Assembly: GCA_001724265.1 (NCBI GenBank)
Contig: MEDY01000077.1
Coordinates: 62,001-89,193, forward strand
DNA from: Rhizaria sp. SCN 62-66
Lineage: Eukaryota
Direction of reading: 5' to 3'
DNA: 27,193 bases
The notes below the pieces were generated by a model that saw nothing but the letters and a program-made list of their open reading frames with translations, did no database searches and had not been told where the DNA came from. Below are positions 13,159-22,027 of this stretch, piece by piece (position 1 is the first letter of the stretch; each line of letters starts with the position of its first letter). The position numbers and the translations under genes are program-made.

Positions 13159-13805
13159 TACAGTTGCGAGTCCTCACCAGAGAACGCAATACTTTAAACT
13201 GCGGAGGACTGTAAGCGGGTACAAGCGGTATGGGGAAAGGTGGGTGACTGTACTGAAGTGCGCAGAGAGCAAGGTAGAGCGAGGGTGAATGTGTGGGGAG
13301 TGGGGAGTGAGAGAGAGGGGGAACAAGGACGAGAAGGGAGAAGTACAGTGGATCCGGGAAGACAACAACACCATATAGAAAGACCGAGTGAGCACAAAAC
13401 ATGAAATATAGCGTCATTAGCTACCGTGCATATCTCAATTGCGTGGTTTAATCACTAACAAACGATCAGAATATTGCCAATATCCTGTCTTAAATGGGAT
13501 GCACGTATCTCCCTCTTCACGATGTCGGTCCGGCCAGCCGATTTTCTGCGAACCGGCAGCCCTGCCGCGGCTGAGTCGCTCCGAGCGGTCAGTCGGAGAC
13601 CGCACTTTGTGTTAATCTGCATGTCAATTCTCGTCTATCGCTCCGACTGCTGACATTTTGGATAGTTTTTTTGGTAACCCTACATAGCTGTCTTGCTATC
13701 TGTCTTTTTACAGCACTAAAGTCGTTCACTAACCCCCTCTGTTCCTTCTCTTCTGTCACCCCACCGCTGACCCTAAACTGATGTCTCTCCCGCAGCCGGT
13801 ACACC

Positions 13806-14874
13806 ATGGCTAGCAGCCCTGTCGGCCAGCAGTCGTCCTTCTCCCGCATGCTGTCGTACATCGGTACGTGTTCTTCCTATCCGCGCTACTCCTGTGTCTA
13901 TCCGTATCTTTCTCGCTCTTATCTGGACTCGCTCCGGCTGCTCGACCTGCCTAACAGTTTGTCGATGTCCGTTGTTGCTCAATGCTCTCTGCTCAAGTCT
14001 CGCTCACATTATTCTTGCTCTCTCGCTGTACGAATATGGTATCCTTTATTTTAACATTGCTCCCCTGTGTAGACACGCCGCAAACCCGCCAGATTCTGTG
14101 GGACGTTGTCAAGAACGCCGCCATCTTCGCCGGCTCCGTCCTCCTCTTCCGCTCCGGCGCCGTACGTCTATTTTCAACCATATATCTCGCCCAACCAAGA
14201 GTGCATATATCTCTCACTGTTGCAATACGTGTTTATGGTGTAAATATAATGTATGTTGTTGTCTAGTAGTGCTTTGTCTCTATCTGGGATCTATATCTCA
14301 CTTCTCTTGAATCTTTTTTCTTTCACACCACCCATGTAGCTCGACGGCTACATCGTCGATGTCGCCCCTGTCAAGACCAAGGAGCCCCGCAACAACAACT
14401 TCGGCACCCTGGCTCCTCTGCCCTACGCGCACTCGCCCTACCCCGACGAGGACCAGCGCCTCATCTCCGAGTTCGACAAGGACTACGTCCAGCGCCAGGT
14501 ACGACAACGAAGACACTAAATCGACGATTCGGAGACATATCTCACGCTGAACACGTCGCATGTTCTGCAGGGCAATGCCAATAGTGTATATGTATTAAAT
14601 CCCTTAATTTTGAGTCTTTATGGATTTATTTAGCAGCATATCTCACCAATTTGTGTTCTTTATTTCTTTTTATTTAACGCCCCCACACAAAACCTCGAAT
14701 TGTGCTCTGTTTGTTGTTGTTGTTTTTGCGCGAGTGCAGGAGAACTCCGACGCGACGAGGCGTGAGATTCTGCACAACCCGCGGTACCGGGAGATCCGCG
14801 ACCAGAAGTACAAGAAGACTCGCAGTGATGTCGAGAAGGAGAGGGAGCTGGCGCAGCAGAAGCAGGAGGAGTAA
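13806..14874 (+). CDS. Small single-pass membrane protein, Tom6-like N-terminus with a hydrophilic C-terminal extension (146 aa, 4 exons)
   Basis: Exons 13806-13863, 14073-14161, 14340-14498, 14740-14874. Donors GTACGT, GTACGT, GTACGA; all junctions in frame. Product MASSPVGQQSSFSRMLSYIDTPQTRQILWDVVKNAAIFAGSVLLFRSGALDGYIVDVAP...ELAQQKQEE*. The gene model is solid; the Tom6 likeness is tentative. Confidence 0.8.
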
Positions 14875-15715
14875 GTCCCTTGTCGGAAGTACCTTCCACT
14901 TACGTCGGCTACAGTACACGCGCGCACCGGCGGCTGCTGCGCGCTCTCTAGCGGGGAAATGCAATAGCAAACACGGTTATGGAAACGGCGGTGTTGATGT
15001 GGTGAGTGTGCGTATATATTAAAGTGACACTGCGTCGTCTGTGTTTAACAGTCACAACCACTCGTATCAACACAACCGTTTGTATTCCCATTTGGTTTCC
15101 TAGCTTCTTTTCTCCTGTCATTTATTTCGATATAATATTATGTAGTATTTAGTATTAATAACAACAACAGTTGTATGTGCAACAAAACGCACGTATCTAC
15201 ACTAAAAGTACAACAGACAAAGCAAGTGTGTTGCAGCAAGACGCAAAGTTCAGTGTCGTTGAAAACATTGACTTGTTGAGCATCGTAACAACACAAACGA
15301 ACGCAAACCCTAATAATATAACACAAACAATACATTAGTGTAACCTATCTTCGCTCGCAGAATAGACAACAACGCTCTCTGAAGCGTATCACAGCTAACT
15401 AGCTACACGGATCAATCTTGAATGCAGAAGATGAACACTAAAAAACGGAACACGAAATTAGAATGTTGAATAAAATCACAATAAACACGTGTATTAAACT
15501 CTGATAACGAAACTATGTAACAGTCCTGCGTGATTATATCTAAGCCACTGATGGTCACAATGTTAGGACTGTGGCCTGGCCAGGAAGTAGCTGTGACAGC
15601 CAACGTGTGACGAAAACATCATCTCCCAAGCATGTGCAACACAATGGTTCAAATGACACAACGTGGCGCGGCAGAGAGAGAAATCCTAGTTCATTTCACT
15701 GTCCGTACATTCACT

Positions 15716-16420
15716 TCAAAACAGCGGCTCCCCGGTGTGTCGGGGCAGGTTCGACGACGCGGCCGAGAGATACGCCATCCAGTCGTTCATATCCATCAGC
15801 GACGAGATGCAGAAATAATAGGTGCGATCGTAAAACGAGTGCTTCGTGGTCACATTCCAGCTCTTGGTCGCCGTGACGCTGAAACAGTTCGTTTTCCGCT
15901 CCTTCGCGAGGGCCAGCTCGTCGCGCACGACGCAGTTGTCCAGAAGGATTACTCCGCGCGGCGCACGGTCGTCCTCGTCGGCGTAGTAATACAGGTATTT
16001 CCCGTGAATGACACAGAGACGGCGCTTCCAGTTGCGTACGGCGTGGCCCTGCTTGACCAAGTACCCGAACTTGATCGGCGTCAGCGCATGGAAGCGTGCC
16101 AGCGGGCAGTCAGACAGTGCGTCCACCTCGGTCGCGGCGGCGCCCGCGGCAGCGCCGCTGCCGGCAGCCGGAGAGGCAGAAGACGCGGCCGCAGAGGCGC
16201 CGGTCGCCGATGCGGCCGCGGAGGCCGCGGAAGACGAGGACGAGGACGACGGGGCCGCGGCAGGAAGGTGGGACGTGAAAGGACGGATGCCAAACATGCC
16301 AACGAGCCCGATCGAGCCGTCTGCGCTGACACCGATGTTCGCGGCGGCGAGGAGCTCGGGAGTAATGGCGGAGAAGGTGCTGTTGGCGAGCGCCTTCTCC
16401 TCGGCGCGCTGGTGCGACAT
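15716..16420 (-). CDS. PH-domain protein (234 aa, single coding exon)
   Basis: KFGYLVKQGHAVRNWKRRLCVIHGKYLYYY...PRGVILLDNC...NCFSV...RTYYFCISSLMDMNDWMAYL is a canonical PH domain with a basic beta1-beta2 loop and the C-terminal helix Trp. TGA stop. Confidence 0.92.
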   Translation of the reverse strand: MSHQRAEEKALANSTFSAITPELLAAANIGVSADGSIGLVGMFGIRPFTSHLPAAAPSSSSSSSAASAAASATGASAAASSASPAAGSGAAAGAAATEVDALSDCPLARFHALTPIKFGYLVKQGHAVRNWKRRLCVIHGKYLYYYADEDDRAPRGVILLDNCVVRDELALAKERKTNCFSVTATKSWNVTTKHSFYDRTYYFCISSLMDMNDWMAYLSAASSNLPRHTGEPLF

Positions 16421-17091
16421 CGCGAGCGGCTGGCAGACGGCTGCTTAGAGCGAGCAACAACTAGCGCGAGTAGGGGTGGGTTTGGTCCTGCAGAGAAGCG
16501 ATAAGAAGCTTTGAAAATACACAATAGAAAAAATTGCAGGATGAGATGTATTTAAATAAGCTGGGCAAGGCTTTTAGTCAAAGGACGGTCAAATTAAAGC
16601 ATGGCAGAGAGTCGAAAGCAGCCTCGTGCTGAGCTCTTTGACCACAGCCATACTGTCGAGCAAGAGACGTTACTGACGAGGACCGAAACAGCCAAACTTT
16701 AAACATGTGCATCACGGTCTAGATCCACTCACGCATGTCCTTGTGCCTGATACAGATTATTCGTGCCTTACATTATTTGATGCGTAAATTATGTGCTCAC
16801 TGGTAACGACCTCGCCTCTCGCCTACTTCTCCTAGCTTCCCCTTCTTCTTCCAAGTCCCCGCGGTTGTTGGCTCCGCCCCTTCGCCCCGCGCCTGCACCT
16901 GCACAGCCGGCTCTTTGCCGCGCCTTGTCCTGCTCCAGCACAAAACAAGCGTATCTCTCTTGTGATACCCTGCTGTGCTGACCGTACCCCGTCTCCCTTT
17001 GTCCAGAGCTCCCGCAGTCCCAGGCTCCCACACGAGCCTCACTAAAACACAACAGCAGCGCTTTTGTACAGCTCGCTAACTCCGCTCAACG

Positions 17092-19611
17092 ATGGATCAG
17101 TACGCGAGTCCCCTGAGCGCCGGCTCCGAGCCCAATGGTCAGCCCTACATTACGGCCCTGTTCAAGCAGCTCGGCCAAAAGATCGCCCACATCGTGCGCC
17201 AAGACGGCCAGTACCTGTCCCCTCTTTTGGCGAGCTTCACCGCCCGTATGATCACACTCGAACAAACGGGCCGTTTCCCAGTTGAGGGCCCCGCCGCGGT
17301 GGCGTCCCTCCCGCCCCAACTTGAGGACGAGCTCATCCAGCTGACCATCGAGCGCGCTCTCGTCCAAAACGACCCTCTGTACGAGACGGTCAAGATGCAG
17401 ATCACGTTCGAGAGCTTCTATTCGATGGAGCTCCAGCGTCTGCGCGCGCGCCAGGCGGCTGAGGAGCAGGCCAACGCGTCGCTTCTCGACTCGATTGTGC
17501 ATATCGGCACCAACCTGGTCTCGTCGCAGCAGGTTGCAGCGTTATATCGCATGATCTTCAAGCTTCTCATGGCTAACAGCGCCGTCGCTGAGTCCTCTCG
17601 TGACCGCGTCGTGGAGCGCGAAGTCGCCGTTGCGCTCGAATCAGTCTTCCCCCAGGCCGGGCTCAACGCGTTCAACCTGCTCTCGCCCGCCGACAAGCGC
17701 CGGCAAGTGACAAACTTGGTCAACATTGTGTTGGGCATCCGTCTTTTCAACAAGGAGATCCGTCACGGTGGCGCGGGCCTCCCTGACGTGCCCACTCTGC
17801 TCGTTGCCGAGACCGATCTGCTGTACGAGCGGCTCGAGGCCGAGGCGCAGGAGATGGGCGACATCTGCTTCACGCTCACGGACCTCATCTCGCTTGAGCA
17901 GCAGCGCCCCGGCACGCTCCTCGCCAGCACAAAGCGTCTGCAAGACGAGGTACGTCCTTTACTAACAAAAACAACCATAGCGAAATGATAAATGTCAATC
18001 AATTGGATTTAAATGTCCACTAAATGTGTAATTAATCATGGTTTCTTGTTTTATCTCGAAATATGAGCACTAGTGTTTCTTTAGTTCTCACAAAACCTTC
18101 CTTCTGTCCTTGTTTGTTCTTGCACAGCTGCTGAACCGCCGCCAGTACGTGCTGCTGATCCACCAGCTGCAGCACGAGGTTGTCGAGTCCCTGGACACGG
18201 CCAAGCAGCACCGCGCGGCCCTCGAGGACCAGCTTGCGCAGCTCAAATCCATCGTCGGCATCCGCACCTCAGTCCCCAAAGAGCAGGTTTACCCCACGTT
18301 CCACGTCATTGCGACGGCATGGCTCGCACTTATCCGCGAGCGCGAGCGTACGGCGCTGCGCACGGCGCTGCTTGTGCAGCTGCAGCAGTTTCGCACGTCG
18401 TTCACGGCCGCCCGCGTCGAGGACGACTTGCCGCAGCTCAAGCACCTCATCCCGGAGGGCCAGGAGCCTCTCCCGCAAGTATGTTTTGAAAGATAACTGA
18501 AGTAATCGAAAATATATTTCGCTATATCTAAATGTAATTTAGCTTTACAGTGTTAACGTTGCTGAATCTAATTTGGTTTTTTTGCAATTTGCGCTCTATA
18601 TATCTCACTTTTTGTGTTTTATTGTGTTGCTTTCTCTAGGGCATCACTCTGACTGCATCTGGCGCCGTCGACTTCGACGCCTTTGTCGAGACCGTGGTTG
18701 ACTCCGACGCCGGCAGCGGTTCCTCTGCCGCCGCCGCGGCCGCCGCTGCGGCCGCCGCTGCCTCAGCCCGCGGCGAGGACCCCGCCGCCGCCGCTGCCGC
18801 TGCCGCCGCCGCCGCGTCGCGCCCGCAACGTTTAGTGCGCGAAACGACTCTGAACTTCATGTCGCTGCCTTTGGAGCACCAGGGCTACTGCAGCTGGGCC
18901 ATCGTCATGCGCGCCGGGCTGCTGATCAGCGGCAACCCCGCGCTGGGCATCATCCGCTACCGCGGCCGCCACTACTCGTTCAGCTCGCTGACTGCGATGC
19001 GCGACTTCTGCATGGACCCGGATAAGTTCGTCGACGGCGTCGTGCTCATGGCGCGGCACCAGACGGCGCTGATCCACCTCCTGGGGCTCACGTCGGTCAT
19101 CCCCAACTCGGACATCAGCGAGTACTTCGACCTTTTGGACGCGAGCGCCGACGGCGGTGTCGCATTGGGCGCGCCGCACCGGTCAGACGCGCAGACGCAG
19201 GTCGGCGGCAGCGAGTACATCAACACGGACCTGCCGGAGCCCGGGCTGGAGTGGAACGAGTGGACGCTGCGCAAGCGTGCGATTCAGATGGCGAACCTGT
19301 GTGACATGCGTACCGTGAGTACGCAGACCGAGAGCTCGCACTTCCGCCGCGACAACTCGACGCAGACGTACACCAAGTCGGTCCAGAGCGATGGGACGAT
19401 GCCCGGCGTCGGCACGCAGACCGGCATCGACAAGGGCACCAACGTCGAGACTGTTAAGAAGTACCACTTCGGTCTCCGTGGCCAGCCCAACGCGCAGTAC
19501 AAGACGATTGAGGTCGTGACGCAGGCGCAGGTCGTGGACGCCAGTAACGGGGATTTGCGCAAGATGGCCGATAAGATCATCACGCGGCCCATTATCCGCG
19601 AGACCAACTGA
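17092..19611 (+). CDS. CFAP206: Cilia- and flagella-associated protein 206 (~726 aa, 3 coding exons)
   Basis: Exons 17092-17949, 18128-18478, 18640-19611 (donors GTACGT, GTATGT; phase 0). Motifs ETVKMQITF, ALESVFPQ, IVLGIRLFNK, TSVPKEQVYPTF, GYC...GLLISGNPALG, WNEWTLRKRAIQMANL and HFRRDNSTQTY match CFAP206/C6orf165. TGA stop. Confidence 0.92.
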
Positions 19612-20222
19612 GTGAGGTGACTTGTTTTTCTGACTTACTGTGTGTGTGTGCAGCGTTAGGAAGTTAGCACAGTCTTGTTAACTTAGTCGTACGAGTCAAC
19701 GAAGCTGTCATTGCCACGTACTATGAGGACATGGACGTATGTATCAAGAAATACGACATGTGTGTTTTATTTTGTGCTTTTTTTGTTGTTGTTGTGTTGT
19801 GCTTTTGTGCAGACCTCAAATGGCCTGACACAAAGTGAAGTAGCTTTGATTGTTGTGGCATTCAATAAACAAAGATAATTAGATTACTCCATAGAGTTAA
19901 CGATTGCTTATTCTTTTTGAATGTCTTTCGATATCTTGAGTTATTGTTTTTTATTTTTTACTTTTACTTTTGTTCTTAATAAATTTAGGCGTTCAAAATA
20001 TTTATCGATCAAATAATATCGAGAGTCGTCACATGCAGTTGATAACCATATCTATTAAGACAGCGTAATACATTAAGACAATCTCAATCCGAGAAATTAA
20101 GAGGAAATAATATGTGTATTGTAAAAAAAGGTCTAATTGTAACATTTGCTTCTTAAGTCAAGCATATAGTGCTCGTAAACTTAAGAAAACGATTCTAGGT
20201 AATACTGTACTTAGAGTTTTGC

Positions 20223-21440
20223 TTACTTGGAGGCAGCAGCAGCCTTGGCAGCGGCCTCCTCAGTAGCCACAGCGCGTTGCAAGTGCTCGAGAAAGCCGCC
20301 AAGCATGTGCTCGAGCTGGTTTAACGCGTCGATGTTCGGCGGCAACGCAGTCAAGTCAACACCAAGATTACTCGCTTCAGCATACGAGTTTGCACTCGTA
20401 TTTGCACCATCAGAGGAAGCGTTCGCAGCAGACTCGTCAGTCATAGCAGAGATAGAACTGGCAGCGCTGCCCGCATCACTTGACTGAGCGTTGCCGCTGT
20501 TGCTGTCGTCAGTGAGAGAGAGCTGTGCGGTGGACGCAGTGATTTCGCGCTGAAAGCGACGTGAAAGCGCCTGAAATTTCAATTAAAGAACATTAACAGG
20601 TTGGTCGCAAAGAAAACAGATGAGATACAAACCAGTTTGTGGTCGGTGTGACTGTCGATCGTGCCAGATATGGTGTTCATTTTAGTGTGTTTGGTTAAGG
20701 TCAGACAGACGCCCATGTCTCCACGGGGTACAAGATAAAGAATCACAAAGTTTCATATGTCCCTATCTATGAGTATCATCATAAACACAATTTCACAAAA
20801 ACAAACAAAAATCAGCCGCAAAGCTGCAGTCGTTGAACAATAGGTGCTGCTCCAGCAAGCTCAAGCTCTCAAGCAACGACACGCTGTTGGCAGAGTCAAG
20901 CAAGGAATCTTGATGAAGAGCGAGAGTTTGGAGCTTCGCGTATAGTCAGTGACAACAGCAACGTTGCTATGACAATGATGCAATAGGGGTGTTACGTACA
21001 CTGATGAGTTTGTTTGTGCTGCAGATCATGCCCTGCAAGTTGTACGTCAGCACGCTGTGCAGGTCGGGCAGCGCGTACACAGCCCCACGAGACAGGTCGT
21101 CGCCGTTGTACTTCATGTCCTTCGCAACAACAACATACGCGGCCTGCAGCACGACAGCGTCGCGCGACTTCCGCACCTGGCGGTTGATCACGAACATCTG
21201 GCCGTTGGTGCGGTCCGGCATGACCTAATACTCGAGCCCCACAGAGGTCTCCGGGTTCACGGTCAAAGTGGGCTGGAAACGCTCGTTGTTGCATGAACGG
21301 TCATAGAGCTCCGTGCAGCTAAAGTACTTCAGCACGTTCGTGCGGGAGATAAAGCCCGTGGTGTTTTCATCCTGCTGCAGCCACGGGAGGAAGAAAACGG
21401 GCGGCCGGTTGAGCTCCGATTCGCGCGTCCACGGCTGCAT
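20223..21440 (-). CDS. MED6: Mediator subunit MED6 with one in-frame TAG at codon 72 (recoded codon, nonsense allele/pseudogene, or sequence error)
   Basis: Exons 21440-21000 and 20570-20223, phase-0 intron GTACGT...tttcAG. NVLKYFS..LYDRSCNNE, VGLEY, MFVINRQVR, AAYVV and GAVYALPDLHSVL are MED6 motifs lying on both sides of TAG 21227-21225 in the same frame. TAA stop at 20225-20223. Confidence 0.85.
20701..20782 (-). ncRNA. Intronic box C/D snoRNA, snR64/SNORD74-type guide for LSU rRNA 2'-O-methylation
   Basis: Sense to MED6 within its intron: C box ATGATGA (20782-20776), guide TAGATAGGGACA (20769-20758), D' ATGA (20756-20753), C' GTGATT (20746-20741), D box CTGA (20704-20701); flanks TGTGTTT/AAACACA can pair. 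The guide is complementary to conserved LSU rRNA UGUCCCUAUCUA (recalled from memory). The D'+5 rule targets the C equivalent to yeast 25S Cm2337. Confidence 0.82.
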
Positions 21441-22027
21441 CTTTCCGTGTCCTCAGACAGGATGTTTCTCGTTCGTCCGCGCAGTGCCAATAATAAGCCA
21501 AACACTTTGCGCACTAAGTAATGTTGATTTGCGCGGCTTCAATCCTGTTGACGAAGATCTTCGTGTATGTCGGCTAATTTTGAAATGGCAATCCATTCGC
21601 CAGTCTGGTCAACTCCGGTTCGCAAAAAAGGACAAATCATTTTGACCACGATTGGTCGGTCGAGCTCTCTGTTTGCCGCCCTTTTTTTCGCCTTGCGCGG
21701 GAACGTTCCCTGTGACTCATATCGCGGTTAAAACAGTAGTGAGAAAAAATAGGCGGTTTTTAATCTGAGCGAGGCATCTTATGGAATTTTTGTTTTGCTT
21801 TGAAGTGAACATGACGAGCCATGCCAAACCGTTTCGTTGTTTCGCGCGCAGGGGCCACAAGAGCATTTCGGTCACCCTCATATCTCTCTTCGCCCCACTC
21901 CCCATGTTGCTATAACTACAATTTGATCCACGTCTCACATTTCCCACTCCGTTTTTATTCCAATTTAGCCCCCGTGCGTTCTTCCCTCGCCGGGTAATTG
22001 GCCTTATTATCTATTTACAGATCCTCC
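21441..22027. promoter_or_regulatory. Head-to-head MED6/LIN54 intergenic region with CCAAT, E2F-like and CHR-like motifs
   Basis: CCAAT 21487-21491, ATTGG 21651-21655, TTTGAA 21579-21584 and 21799-21804, GCGCGGGAA 21695-21703, TTTCGCGC 21840-21847. These are short motifs, so function is inferred. Confidence 0.4.

Noticed and set aside
7447-13288. Long plus-strand ORFs (e.g. 7973-8977, 9202-10179, 11966-12970) antisense to TBC1D5
   Set aside because: Shadow ORFs of GC-rich, repeat-rich coding sequence, with no recognisable domains.
14871-14876. GTAAGT overlapping the stop of the Tom6-like gene as a possible extra donor
   Set aside because: The TAA is in frame, GTAAGT is not used by any other modelled intron here, and I found no downstream coding exon.
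20935-20950. GACTATAC on the minus strand resembling the U3 snoRNA 5' end
   Set aside because: No box A, B or C/C' arrangement of U3 follows.
21225-21260. In-frame 18- or 36-nt GT...AG mini-introns that would delete the MED6 TAG
   Set aside because: They would remove the conserved GLEY motif, have donors (GTGGGG, GTGAAC) unlike the local consensus, and are far shorter than the other coding introns.
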